Below are positions 36,065 to 49,553 of a stretch of DNA of 64,000 bases, piece after piece; position 1 is the stretch's first letter; every line of letters starts with the position of its first letter. Under the pieces are notes generated by a model. The model had not been told where the DNA came from, did not search any database, and was given only the letters and a program-made list of their open reading frames with translations. The stretch is from contig RDEW01000005.1 of the NCBI GenBank assembly GCA_011109175.1, positions 1,484,657 through 1,548,656 on the forward strand, written 5' to 3'. Made by a program: the position numbers and the translations under genes. This DNA comes from Dicyema japonicum. Taxonomy: Eukaryota; Animalia; Dicyemida.

Positions 36065-36546
36065 TTAAATAAATAATAATCGAAAAAAGGCTTGATCAAC
36101 GTAATCATAGACACACTGCATGAGATTTTTCAAATGGAAATTAGTGCGACGGTTGAATACGCCTGTTCTGCCTGAAAATTCGCTATTTCTTCTACGATGG
36201 TGGAGCGTATGAACTCTCTCAGACGGAAGATCATGAAGGCATATGCAATCAGACTCCACATCTATCCAGTCTCCTTTCAGAAAAGGCGACGGTGAGAAAT
36301 GTCTAGGGCTTCCTGCGTATGTGTAAGGAGCTACGAAACCCATTCAGAGAGAGGGCGGTTCATGCGGAGGAATTCAGATAGGCATTAAAAAAGTGCACTC
36401 CGATAGAATTCAAGAAGACGCTTCAAGAACGCTGTTGGTTCACTGGAGGAGCATTTGAAGAGAATTCGAGAGATGTTGGAGGCTGGGATCACTTAATTTA
36501 GGGGGTTGATACTTTCTTGGTGTTTTAGGGTTTTAAAATAAAATAA
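36065..36546 (+). mobile_element. 3' end of the EAGIT* LINE family
   Basis: Aligns to 12700-13150 (VEYACSA, ERMNSL), ends EMLEAGIT* with an A-rich tail. A second tail remnant is at ~35940-36050. Confidence 0.8.
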
Positions 36547-36729
36547 GCGATAACTTGTATTGAATCATGGATATTTCTGCCCACTCTCAACTGCTTCCAA
36601 GTAACCATATAACTTGGGGTTGAAATTCTCTACTATTATACTTGTTCATTATCACTCCATCAGAACTCATCACATAGTCATACTAACTATAATCAAATGA
36701 TGGTATTCACATATGGAAGTTCCCCTAAT

Positions 36730-36975
36730 AAACAAAACTAGATCCGACGGTCCTCTAGTCTTAAGAAGAGAATATATCCGGAATAAACCGTTAGACAAAC
36801 CCTAAAAGAACCACGTAAACACCGTTACCATAACCGGCGAGCTTGTTTAATAGACCATCTGTTATCCCTATAGCTACCATTGAAGGAACCCTTCCAATAG
36901 AGAAGAGATAGATTTTTCTCGGATGCCGGCCAGGCATTGGGCGTCTTCTGAAACAAGTGGATCAACCGACATACT
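36730..36975 (-). mobile_element. Short element with pseudoknot head (copy F, 36909-36974)
   Basis: Sense ...TGATCC ACT tgtttcag aa GACGCC ca ATGCC tggcc GGCAT..., followed by CTCTATTGGAAGGGTTCC as in other copies. Confidence 0.55.
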
Positions 36976-37050
36976 GAGGGATCGATAATTTAAAGAAGAA
37001 AAAGCCAATATTATTAAATTTAAAAACCAAGTAAGGAAATGTTAGATAAA

Positions 37051-37694
37051 CTAAGCAGAGGGCCACTTAAGAAGAGGACAGTCCACGTGGTCATCGAAGT
37101 CTACAACAGAGTCATCATTTTGCTGTGCCCACATCTCATCCAAAGCAGTTCGAGTTTCAGTACTAACATAATAACTCCCAAAACACCTAATTAGATTTTC
37201 CGCCAAAGCCAGTTCCCCGTTTTGCGTGTATTGATAAGGGACAACCTCGATTCCCGCTCCTTTGACGGTCCTCACCTAATCATCACTAAAAATGCCACCT
37301 TCAAATAAAACACGTTTTGACAAGTCACTGCAAATTTTTTAATGATTTTTAAGGATGATGGGAGAATTCTTTCTATAATAATAGTAGTTAAATGGTACAA
37401 TCGGGAGTCAGAGCTACTAATCTTCTCGTAGTATCCCACAACTTTGAGATTGTTTTCATTGCAGAATGATTCGATCTAAATGAGATAAAATTTTCTAACT
37501 TTTCTGAGACACATTTCTATAGTTGGAGTTAAAGTCAGATGAAGATGGAGCATTGGCACGATATGAGTGACTCGGAGATCATTCTCGTTGGACAGCAAAA
37601 TCCCATTTAAGTCAAACGAAGGATATTTTGCCACATGAGATACCAAATTTCCCCAATTTAATGACTCGAGACTACAAGGAGTGACACAACACAT
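37051..37694 (-). CDS. EMC8: ER membrane complex subunit 8/9 (UPF0172), 4 exons
   Basis: HVAKYPSFDLNGILL, VPMLH, IESFCNENNLKVVGYY, VVDFDDHVD. Introns of 24, 30 and 23 nt join the ORFs. Confidence 0.85.
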
Positions 37695-40600
37695 CTCAGT
37701 TTAAAAAAATAAAATAACAAGAAATATTAATAAAAATAAATTAACATTTTTAACATCAATTCTTAAAAATTTAAAGGAAAGTAACTACCAAAACGGCCGT
37801 TGAAAAGGTTGACAGGGGAATAATTGTGGTTCTTTTAGTTGCCAAATTGAAACTGGTATCCAATTTTCTCCACGTGAAGGTGAACCACGTCGAAAATTTA
37901 TTTAATAGCTGCTGGCCGTCCTATTTAATAACTCTGGCATCCTAAAAGTTAGTGAGGTTGGGGTTACTTAACTAACTAACCAAAACGGCCACTTTAGAAT
38001 CCATCAGATGTATCTGGTGTGGCGCAGAACTCGAAGACGGACCCGAAGAAGAGAAGAGTTGGGTAAATAAATACAGATTTACTATCGATCTACTGTCATC
38101 TTTCCTTCTCCCAAAGATATTATTGGGGATGATCTCATAATACCACATTCAATAGACAGCTTTGTGCATCCATCAAGCATATACAACATGTCCTATGGCT
38201 AAAAGTGGAATTTACAGTTCCATCTAGCAGAAACTATGAGAGTATAAAATTTTCTCTTTAATGCACTATTCTGACTAATCCCCATCCTTCTTTTTGTAAC
38301 GTTGGATCCTTCCTTGTTATTTTCTGGTTTAAATGGCGGTTTAAGTATATTGAATTGATACATGCTTTCTGGTGGTTGTTAAACATTTTCTTTCAGCAAG
38401 AGACGTTTAGAATGCCTTATTATGATGGAGTTCATCGATAGGATCAAATGTTCTCTAAAAATGCAGCGAACCCAGAACTTCTTGAGCCTTTTTATCGATT
38501 TCCATAATAAAAAGGAAGTTATTTTTTTACAAATTCCCAACGTTTTTTGTCGAATTTTGTGATGTTCCACGTGATTTTTTATTTATTTTTGATGTCCTTT
38601 CACAGACGTTCACTAACTGTCGACTTTCCTTATTTTATTGCTCGTTTGAATGAGAGTTCGTGTTCGGAATCAATAGAATACGAAGGACGTTGAGAGAGCT
38701 CATCGGAATGAATTAGCTCGGAGTATGATCTCATTGAGGTGTCTGATGAAGGAGTCAATCGAACAGAAATCCTCTATCCGGAAATCTTGAAGTTGTTGTT
38801 CAGTAAGTAAGTGAATAGGGGCCATAGTGCTCGTATGAAGTTGATGTGGGTCTTGGATTATACATTAACCTTTGTTTTTGTGGAATTCTCATATGACACC
38901 ATACATGTCTCCATGGTTGCAGGACAAAGAGCTTGCTACTCTTTTTCAACACTTCAAGTGAGCAATACCGCCACCTAAGTGAATCACGTGTCATGTCAGC
39001 ATATGACATATAACTTTATTGTCTCATATCCATTGGAATTGATGAGATGGATAAAGAATTTCCTTTGCAAGAGAAATTGTGTCGTTAAGCATAATCATAT
39101 TTGTTAGACCCAATAAAGATGGAAAGAGGAGTTCCACAAGGATTTAATGACCGATTCCTCCCAGCCAATCTTACCAAACATGAGAATTTTAATATATGTG
39201 GATTATGTGCCACCACTTGACGTTTCTAAATTCGAAGCGATATCTGAAGGAAGATTAAAAAAGTACGGAGTAGGAATTAACCATTGGGAATATCAGAGGG
39301 AATTAATCTCTCCGTGAAAGAAAAACGAATATCATAGTATTTCCCATTGCAAAAAATATCGGGAGCAACACTGCACAAGAGTGCGGACCCATTATGTTCC
39401 TTGGAGTTCTGATTGAAACAACTTTAATGGATGACATCTTGGTTAGAAGAGAGAAGGTTTTTTCAGGCACTATTATTCATAAAAATTACGTCTCGAAAAA
39501 AAACCTCCCTGTTTGTTTTCAAGTAAATCTTCGCCCTTACGTACCAAGTGATAAAAACAATGTTAAACTCAATGTGCAATTGTCAAATAGAAAACAACTA
39601 TTACCCACAATTAAACGAATAACAAGAAAACAAGGAGAAAATTAAAATTATAATCTACGATAAAACTTATCGATGGCGTTCAAACTGAGGGTAAACAAAA
39701 GGGACTGGCATATATACAATTTCTGCCAGATTTTCAAATCTTGTCGCGCTTGAACTATTCTCATTGTCAATCCTCACCTAAATAATTATTTCCATTGCTT
39801 TACAGGTTGTGAATTAGAATTAGACGAATCTGAATCAGGCATAGAAGTGTAAGGACAGTAAGGGGAAGAACAATGAATATAAGTCATCTAGAAATAATTT
39901 AATATATTACTGAAGCAGAACTTGCTGGGCAATAAAATGCTGTAGGTGGGAAGCAAATTACTGGCATGTAATTTACTTGGTGAGTCTCGTTTTGTAGAAA
40001 TGTGGTTGCATTGTCTTCTCGTGCTTTTTTTCGGTAAGCTCTGTCGATAATGATTTTTCTACCCATAAAGGTCAGTCCATCAGGCTATTGGTTAATTAAG
40101 GAAATACTGAGTAGTTGGAAAGAATTTGAGAAACAATTTCAACCGATTCGAAAGTAACAAATCCAAATCTAATTTAATAAAATTTCAATTAAAAATTAAA
40201 TAGGTTTTGGCGCGAAAATATGTTAGAATTTAAGCGGGAAAATTTTTTAAAATAAGCATTGTTAGGCTTTGGTGGGAATTTAAGTCACTTATAGATTAGT
40301 CAAGTGATCTAATATTTGTGCAAAATAGAGTAAAATACCCCTTCGAATTCCCAAACTGATCATAAACGATGTTGGTTTCAGTAACTCTCCCAAACTGAGA
40401 AAAAAAACTTTGTAATTCTCCCTCCAAGGATTCCTAATAATATCACACAAGAAAGTACATGACTGACGACTAAACCAATCACAAAAATCCTGTTGGGAAC
40501 AATTTCAGTGTTTTCCGGAGCCTGGTCTAAGATTTTGGGACTGCTAATTGTCATTTCCTAAATATAACTCGACAGGCAAACTGATAAGTACAGCGAGCTG

Positions 40601-41559
40601 ACATCTCCGGTATTTATAATTTTCTGAAATACGCTAAAAGTCGTATATTTTTGCCGCAAAAAAACCTCAATTTTTCCAAGGTATGGTCTATTTTTGGCTT
40701 TTCTGCAAAATTTGAAAACCGGAAGCGTCATATAAGAACATCTGAGGAATCTTTTCGTAAGTAGTCCTAACATGGTGTTAGTTGGGCTTCCAATTTTAGG
40801 CACCATTAATTAAATGGAGAGAAGATTACTAGGGAAATTATCAATCGTCATGGCTAACAAGAGAGGACCAAGTGTTCTCTTTGGTATACTCTTGTGTGTT
40901 ATAACTTCCCGACAAAGTTAAGACTTTATGACTATTTTGATGATATTTAATTCTACCCACCAGTACCAGTTCACTAACTCCCTCTAAATTAAAATTTCAT
41001 GATAATTTTGTTGGTTGAACATACATTTTCTGTAGGAATTAATATTTTGCTTGAAATATATTTTCTCGTTAAAATTATGATTTCTTATTGATTTTCCTCT
41101 ATTTGAAATGCTCAAGTGGAAATATTTTTATTTGAGTTAGTGAGGTGTGTCATTTTTTGAACTTGACAAATACTTCTGCATTTATACTGGATTACTTGAC
41201 TGCATGAGTATTCGACCAACAATGTATTGTCGATAATCAAGTATTTAATGAATTTTTTTACATTCAAATAAATAATGTTAACTATGATTAGACTAAACTA
41301 ACATATCCTTCTTCTTTTACGAGGATCTTCACCAGCCATCCATCTGACTCCCACTCTGACTGTGGATCCGCCGTTTCGCCAATGTAATGAAGTTGGCCGC
41401 TCTTCCAGTCTCCTCGACGCGTAAAAGATTTTCTAAATTGATGTCTTGACTTCATGTTTGTGCTCGACAATAATACTTTCTAATGTTTTTTTTAAAACAC
41501 AGATGAATATAAGCTCTTATTGGACATTAATCGACAAAGCTTTTAAATGATTTCTGTAT

Positions 41560-41960
41560 TACGTAGAGATAATCCCGTCCCATGTCAAAACCACCGGAAT
41601 AATTATCACGGGAGCATCCTATAACATGCTCAATTCCCCAGCTAACAAGTCATACTTGTGTAGTTTTTCCACCTCTGTATATTTGAGTGCTCTTGTGAGG
41701 TGATTACAACTTCTATAATCACAATCTCATTCTTCATTTTGTCATACACGAAAATTTCTGGTCTATTATGCTGAACTTCAATGTCAGTCATGATGGAAGT
41801 GTCCACTCGAATTTCCACCCTCTGTGTCGTAACAAATGATCGAACTGAGTGTGTTTTTAGAGGCTTAGATTTCTTGATGCCATATATACTACATAAATGC
41901 ATCTAAAAACTTCGTTATGCCTCTTCACATAGTCGCTATTGAGCATATTATTATGAAAAT
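41560..41960 (-). mobile_element. R4/Dong-like RLE endonuclease remnant
   Basis: YVKRHNEV, VQHNRPEIFVYDK, IVIIEV. Confidence 0.7.
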
Positions 41961-41967
41961 TCGCAAT

Positions 41968-42130
41968 GGCTTGACAAGTGACGCCGTCATCAGTGAACAC
42001 TTCACTGCGGAACCGGATCGTCTATAAGAAAACAAAAAAGTGAAGAGCATTCCTTGGTTCTCCCTCATCGATTAGCCATGATAACTGTTCTTTGCTTAAA
42101 ATAAAGTGTGTTCCGCGCACAAGCGAAACC
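41968..42130 (+). mobile_element. tRNA-SINE copy (body only)
   Basis: GGCTTGACAAGTGACGCCGTCATCAGTG..TTCACTGCGGAACCGGAT..ATAACTGTTCTTT..AATAAAGTGTG matches 13710-13860. Confidence 0.75.
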
Positions 42131-42599
42131 ATAAACAACTGTTTACTGGTAACGCGAGTGTGCTAAAAAATAATAAAGCTATATCCTTCCTGTCGCTTGT
42201 GCCCACCCCCAGGATGATCCAGTCTGTTAGACTCTCCCATGCTCTTCTCAAGATTTCGATTTTTCAGAAGCTGTCATCTGCGTCTTCTAATGCAATTTTA
42301 ACATGTTTTTAGATCAATGTTAATCGTTGTTCGTGGCTTCCTTCTAAAAACCCCTGAGCAGAGGAAATATGAATCCATAATATCGTAAGCAGAACGGATT
42401 CATCCGTAATATGTTCCCAAATAATCCCCATCGGTCTTAGTAATAATTGTATCTAACTTCTCATGCGCATGAATGAAATACTCAGAGGACACTGATACAT
42501 AATGTTTCCAAACCAAAAAAAAATTCGAATGTACCAATACTTGACTTTGAATCTCGTGTGTCTCAAGATTGAAAGAATCTGAAAACTTTTGGAGTGAGG

Positions 42600-42808
42600 A
42601 TAGATTATTGATTTTATAATAAGCTTCACTATTTAGATTTTATCCAGTTTTCCCTGTCGGAGTGGGATTTAATTTTTTCAAGCACCACATCCTTTACAAA
42701 AATACGGCATTATGGGAATCCCTCTACTTGAGTAGAGAAAAGAAAGATCCTTTTTGGATGCCCACCAGACATTGGGCGTCTTCTAAGTTAGGTGGATTCA
42801 ATAACACT
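42600..42808 (-). mobile_element. Short element with pseudoknot head (copy G, 42745-42808)
   Basis: Sense AGTGTT att GAATCC ACC taacttag aa GACGCC ca ATGTC tggtg GGCAT ccaaaaa GGATCT, then hairpin CTCTACT caa GTAGAG and tail AAACTGGATA. Confidence 0.6.
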
Positions 42809-43295
42809 TTTAGAAATTGAAGAACGCAAAAAGCAGAGAAATTCTTCGATCAAGTAAAACGGTGTAAGTACCGAACCGACATAAAAATGTGACGTGAGCG
42901 ACACCTCTGACAACTACGGTATCAACCTAGCACATTTTAAAAAAATGAGGACGTTATACAAAAACCAGTGAAGTGAAGAAATGGCGTAGATAGGATTAAC
43001 GGAGATAAAGTTGTTCAATGATGTTTTGGTGCTAATTATTTCGGTTGTCTCAATATGAAATGATGTATTCTACTTGTGTTATAAAATTATCCTCGGCCTT
43101 CCTGAAAAACACAAATTCAATAGTAAAGTTCATTAGATCCGATACCAAAAATATCATTTTACCCTCATTTAGGAAATAGTTTTTGATCACTTTTTTACTT
43201 CCAAGTTCGATCCATGTAATTATTAACTTGAATCTGATATTTATTTCTCTTTTCTACCAATTGGTGAAGTGGTGTTCCCTTATCACAACCTTATA

Positions 43296-44582
43296 CAGTG
43301 AAGTCTCTCGAATCCGCCAAATATAACTAATAAATTCTCTAATCCGCCAGATTTTTTAATGAATCCGCCATGTCTCTTAATTTTAAATAATTTTATAGGT
43401 AAATTAACACTGTCATTGTTTATTGTTGTTTTAATGAAACGTAACTGTACACGATTAAAAAACAAACAAAAAATTGCCATTTTAGAGTTTATTGAATCGA
43501 ATATTAAATTACCTTAGATAAAAATTTCAGAAATTTTTTTCCAAAAAATATAATGCACCTAATTCTCGTAGATCTATTGATGATCTGAGAAGTAAAAAAG
43601 AATAAAAAATGTTGAATAACTTACGATCTGACATTTCCCGCAAGCAATATTTAAAGTTTGCTGAAATCGATGCTAATACTATTGCTTGGGTCAATTCAAT
43701 GGATCTTAAAGGAGCCATTTCAAATGATAGGATCATTACTGAGAATACAAAAGCCTTTGCATTGAATCTCGGGATCACTGATTTCAAAGGAAGCAAGGGG
43801 TGGCTTGTTAAATTTAAAAAGAGGAATGGTTTGAAATTACGTAATATGCATGGAGAATCTGCAACTCCAAATTTTGACCCTAATTTAGTATCAGATTTCA
43901 TTGAATTAATCAAAAATAAAATCAGTCTTTACGGAGCTCAAAATGTTTATAATGCCGATGAAACTGGCTTATTTTACAAAATGATACCGTCTAAGAGTGT
44001 TTGTAAAACCATTAAATCTGGCTATAAAGTGTTGAAAGACAGAGTTTCAGTCATGTTATGTACAAATGTGGACGGTACAGATAAACGAACACCCTTACTT
44101 ATTGGGTTGTTTAAAAATCCAAGATATTTCAAGAATTTCGATATTAAAAATATTCTAATTCAATATTCAAATTCAAAAAGCATGGATGGATAGCAGAATT
44201 TTTAATCAATTTCTATTAAAATGGGAAATGGAATTTGATTTGAATGATTCGGAGAAAATAGAACAAGAAATTGATAGTGAAGAACCACTTGAAGAAAGTC
44301 AGAAAGGTGTAATTATTAGCGAGGCTTTTCTAGCTTTAAATAAATTAAAAGAATTCTACAATCAAGAAGAATTCTTTAATGTCGAAAATCTTGAGTCTAT
44401 TGAAAAGTTTGGATCTTCAATGATCAGAACTATAAAAAGAAACAAATCAAAACTTCTCACGGATTTTTTACTTATAAATAATTTTTTGATTTAAATTATT
44501 AATGGATGAAAAATCAATAAGTCTCTCGAATCCGCCAGATTTTGCTGATCCCCGAAATTAGCGGATTCAAGAGACTTTAATG
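43296..44582 (+). mobile_element. Tigger/pogo DNA transposon
   Basis: TA-flanked TIRs CAGTGAAGTCTCTCGAATCCGC / GCGGATTCAAGAGACTTTAATG. ORF 43609-44193 has CENP-B HTH (FKGSKGWLVKFKKR) and YNADETGLFY. The DDE domain is truncated. Confidence 0.9.
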
Positions 44583-44689
44583 TATTATTAAGATTTCTTA
44601 AAACTCCAATTAGTCACCATGAACTCTTCTTTGATAGCCTCACAGTAGAGAATAAATATTCTTTAAACTTTATGCAACTTTGTCAAACT

Positions 44690-44887
44690 ACGACCTCAAT
44701 AAAATAAAATATTCTAAAGACCAATGGTGAAACCAAACTAACCAACTCATTGATCCTGACGCGTTCCAGCGATTCCAGAACTTGTCTCCAGGTAACGAAA
44801 TTGTCTCCCGGGGGAAAGAATAGTTGAATCTTTTTGATGCCGGCCTGGCATTGGGCGTCTCCTTAGTAAGGTGGATCCAATGACGTC
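44690..44887 (-). mobile_element. Short element with pseudoknot head (copy H, 44824-44887)
   Basis: Sense GACGTC a TTGGATC c ACC ttactaa GGA GACGCC ca ATGCC aggcc GGCAT caaaaa GATTCAA; 7-bp P2. Confidence 0.65.
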
Positions 44888-45157
44888 ATCAGAAGTAAGT
44901 AAAATATCCCATCAGAGGGAATACATTTAATATAAACATAAAAATACAAAAAAACTAATGAAATTGATTTATTTGCAAATATCCTTATTAAAAATAACTA
45001 CTTTCCTTCTCACGTGTCTTCGCTAGCGAAGATTTTGTCAAACTCTACTATTATCTTCATATTATTCTTGTTCAGAGGTTAGCATGGTTCAATGTGGCTA
45101 TTTGATCGAAGATTTCTGTTTTTTATTCTGTTCCTCCTCTTCCCTTTTTAACAGAGT

Positions 45158-45218
45158 GGCATCGTGTTATCCTTTTACAGAGTGGCGCACAGTAACTAGG
45201 TGGCACACAAAAAGACCA
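45158..45218 (+). ncRNA. Degenerate pseudoknot motif, copy I
   Basis: Preceded by the TCTGTTCCTCCTCTTCCC leader, as in copies B, D and J. GTGGCGCACA...GGCACACAAAAAGACCA. Stems are partly broken. Confidence 0.45.
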
Positions 45219-45332
45219 TTTGCTCTCCCCACAGTTGTAAGGAATAAGGTAAGGTAAGTTATTATAAAGAAAAAGCACTGCAAATTAAGTGATGGGAAAG
45301 TAATATGAAACGGTAGGGCATGCCAACCGACT

Positions 45333-47890
45333 CTACCGACAGTCCCCCCCTCCAAAAAAATCCGTAAACACAGGGTCATCTCTGAAGATATGTGCCAGAT
45401 ACTTTAGTGCGATTTTTGAAACCTCGAATAAGATTTTCGATAGTTCCGCAACCTTGCACATTTTTCCTTCTAACCATAGGGGAATTGGCATACGAGGACT
45501 TATCCCGTAAGCAAGCTTTAGAGCAAAATTTCGCGTTTTCTCAAATTTCTTGAGGATAGAGTCTATCTTTTTCGAATCGTACCATCCTTCTAAACCGTAT
45601 AACATTGCAGGTAGTATCGCAGTGTTGAAGACATAAACAAATATCTCCGGCTCGATCTTTAATTTTCTAACAGTAAAGAGCGTTCGTAGCTTTTTTCTTT
45701 CGTATTCTAGTATGTTCCATAAAATTATTTCCCTCGTCAATTAGGAGGCCAAGGAATTTCATAGTCTTCTTCCGAGGTATGTCTTTAACAAGCTTTTTAG
45801 GTTAGCCATCCTCCTGCTTCCAGTTATCCTCAGCATACCAGACTTCTCACGTGCCATTGAAAGGAAGTTTTCATTACATCACTTTTCAATCTGGTCCATG
45901 TACGTATCAAACGTTTCTCAGATACCAAAGGGTTTAAAGAAACATAATAAATTATGACGTCATCAGCGTATATCAAAATTTCTGTACGTGGGTTTTCTGG
46001 GAAGGCAATTCACTCATTACAATGTTAAATAATAGAGGACTGAGCACTGAACTCTGAGGTACATTTCTTCTCAACCAAATTTCACGAGATTCATAGTTTA
46101 AAAAAATAACAATTGACCGTCTATCCGAGAGCAAACTTTGTATCCAAAAATAGAGTTTTTTTTCAATACCACATTTCGCAAGACAAATAAAAGACCAAGA
46201 TGCCACACACTGTCGAAAGCTTTGGATATAGAGACTGCGGTCAAACACCCTTTAGTTTCCAAAGCCTTGACGCGCTAACACTGTGCAAACAATCTCCACA
46301 AGACCGATTTTTTCAAAAACCCCACTGATGCTCCTTCGGTATATCATTACGTTCTATATTTTCAGAAAGTCTGTCGAATACAATTCTTTCCATAACTCTT
46401 GAGATCGTTGGAATAAGGCTTATGGGCCTATAACTGGTTGTTAAGTACCCAGGTTTCCCAGATTTACGTATCATCCTGACCTCCGTCAATTTCCAATGCG
46501 AAGGTATGTGACCCAACCTGATACTGCACGTATAGAGACATCCCAGATATTCATAGAGTACCTTGGGTGCTTCCTTGAATAAACGAATAGCGATCTTGTC
46601 CTTTCCAGGAGCATTGTCTTTAGTGCATTTTACCGGATTTTCAACTTCCCAGCATTTATAGGGCTGTGACGTAGGGTAAAGAACTAACTAATTTTTCCAA
46701 CTTTAATTTTAGAGAACTGAGGGCCAAAGAAGACAGTCGCTCATCAGGGTTAACCTGTTGTATTTCGAGAGTTCATCCCCAAACAGGTTAGGAATTTCTT
46801 CTAAAATACAGAGACCCATCATGACATTGCAACAGTGGAATTTCTTTTCTGGATTTACGTCCGGTTACTTTATTATAGACTTTCCAAAAGTTTGGGTTTT
46901 TTCGATACAATTCGCTGCACTGAGCTATCCAAAAATTATTTTTCTTAACTTTTTCTAATCTGTGTATTTCTTCGTGATCATCATAATTTCTAGCTCCATG
47001 AGCCTACGGTCATGGGGATCAGGACATCGACGTAGTTTGTTTTTCAAGCATTGTTTCCTTTTCAAAAGGACTATAACATTTTTTGGTGTCAATGGAGAAT
47101 TCTTGTTAACCGAATAGACTTTATTCGCATATGTTTCGAGGTACGATTTAAAAAAAACAATTAGAGAGTCACTCGAACTCTCAAGATCCAACTTGGAAGA
47201 CTCCGGATTACAAAAACTTCCCAAAACGTTCCAAATATATAGCAATGCTTTTTCGGTAATGGTCCCAGTTTATACTTGTCAGATCATAGCGTAGAGCAGG
47301 CTTGACCTCTAAAGAGCTAGGCTGAGATTATAAAGGATTGGTAGATGATCACTACCAATATCACCAAGCGTAATCGGTCGTTCCAAAAATTGATGAACAG
47401 ATTCCGATAGTAACGCCATTCCCAAATAATCCCAGCCACTTGGAGAATAGTGATTCGGGGTCGAGGATATCACAACAGAAAACCCGGAAGACACAGACAA
47501 ATTTTTCAAAACAAGGCCGTCTCTATTCGTCCCCAGACAACCAAACGAGGTATCTTTGTAGTTTAAGTTCCCTCAAAAGGATCGAGAACGGTGCTTTTTC
47601 ATCATGAAAAAAATACTCGATAAGATAAGGATACGAAGATAATTTTTTAGAATACATTCCTCCAATTTTCATCCACATATTTTTCACTCTTACTTCAGGG
47701 AAACAAACTCACACAATTCTTGGGAGATGATCTTCAGGTTACGAACCCTTAGATTTAGTCTGTAGAACAAAGATGTACCCGTTCCTGCAACCGAGCCAGA
47801 CTTCCATTTAATATCAAGAGAACAATATCCCTCAAATTGACTATTATCCTCACTCTTTAACTTCGTTTCATTAACAATTAATATTTGCAA
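45333..47890 (-). mobile_element. Decayed APE-RT LINE (YGxEGW family)
   Basis: ILIVNETKL, GSDHLPI, YRPISLIP, HQWGF, VPQSSVLSPLLFNI, ILPAMLYGLEGWY. Confidence 0.85.
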
Positions 47891-49553
47891 GGAATGGATG
47901 TCTTCAACCTTTTATACTGAGTTCTGGATGGACTTGTATGACGTTAGAAGGACTCTTTCTGTGACAGTGGAAAATGGATACCCTTAATTAGTTGTTAACT
48001 GACTTTGCACTAATGCATTATCCACTATTCGTTTGCGAGAAAAGAGTAATTTTTATTCTTTCATTATCCAATTTTCGTTGCGAGAAGAGCGTATCTCAAC
48101 TATTTGCAATCACTCTTGGTTAGTAATGCCCACTTCTGGCTTATGTTGTACAACAACTGAAGTGTTTGATTCCCACTGAGGACGCATTCGCATCCACGTG
48201 AAAGTTCTTAAGGGAACCAAAGAGTCGGCGTGAAACTCTTTCTGGTCTTTTTAATTAGTCTCACTTAGTAGTTTGACCATCTCCTTTATAGTATGACTCT
48301 TTTTTGTCAATGCCATATTTAGAGGTCAGATCAGAGGTTTTCAGAAAATAATTCTCGCGGCACACTAATCGTCAAAAAATAACCTTGAAAAATAAAAAAT
48401 TGAATTTTTTTTCGGATACATAAAAATGAGGACAAAAATTAATAATTTAATGGGGAAATTTTAATTTATGTCGAATGATTGACAACGCAACTCGAAATTC
48501 TGCATCAATATTTTAAATTTTCCAGTTTATTCTATTTCATATTATGCAGTGTAGAAAATTGTAAAATAATCGTCAGTATTGTGTAGATATTCTGGGATAT
48601 ATGTTTCGAACATATATATGCTCCAAAAAGTATCACTTAACAACATTCGACTGGATCTACACTACATACTAAAAACTAAATAATACTTGTGTTGTTTTTT
48701 CAAATGCATAAGATAATCCACAGATTTTTTGGAATAGTCCAGATGATTGGAAGTAAAATGTCTATTTAGTTTGCTAAGAACCATTTATTCAAATTTATTT
48801 GGAGGCACACTAGAAATTGTCTTGCGGCACACTGTTTGACAATCTGTGGGTTAGATACTTGATAATGGCACTTAAGTTGGCTTATTTTGATTCTTCAAGA
48901 GTGCCATTTTCCCCTCGGTGGTGTTGCATCAAACCCACATTTTATCAGAATATCCAGTAATAGCTTGTCACTCATGTAGACTACATTACGTGGACATTAT
49001 TCTTCCTCAACACTCGACGGGTACTAAAATCCATCTAAATTACTATGTTGATGGCTTCATGGAAGGCTGATAGCTTGTATGAGAAAGAGCAGGCAATAAT
49101 TGTTGACCATGACACGGCTACGTAGACAAATATTGGCTGGATTTTTTTCAATTTATCAGCCCTGGAAAAGCTAACAGTTAAAATTGAATGTATCCAGTTC
49201 CCGCGATAGCAGTCGCAGAGAGACAAGCTTTCTTAAACACACACAAATCTATCCAAAACCACATTTGTGGAAACTACTAGAAATAATTTTTAGATGAGTG
49301 GTGGTTAACCTACAATCTAGTAACCATAGGACGGATGAATTCGAGTGTTGCCAGATAAACTTAGCTAAATCAAAAATTATCAAAATATGTATTATATCAC
49401 GAAAAACTAAAAGTTTCATTTATTATTAATTTTATTTTATTAAAAGTTAAAGTAATTATATGGATGACCTAAAAAAATAAAAATTATTAATAAAGCGGGA
49501 AATTTTGGTTTGTTTCTTAGTTAGGGGCCTTTGTTTATTTTCAAATCTGCGAA

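Noticed and set aside
2752-37694. Stop-codon reassignment suggested by in-frame stops in the ORF track
   Set aside because: Stops in the well-resolved conserved genes disappear on removing tiny introns, and TAA, TAG and TGA all terminate genes.
38744-46760. CTGATGA hammerhead-core matches (38744+, 44885-, 46741-)
   Set aside because: None has a stem II followed by GAAA with closing stems.
48230-48295. Possible further head (minus-strand TGGTC...AAAAAGACCA)
   Set aside because: Only a P2-like pair; P1 and P4 are not recoverable.
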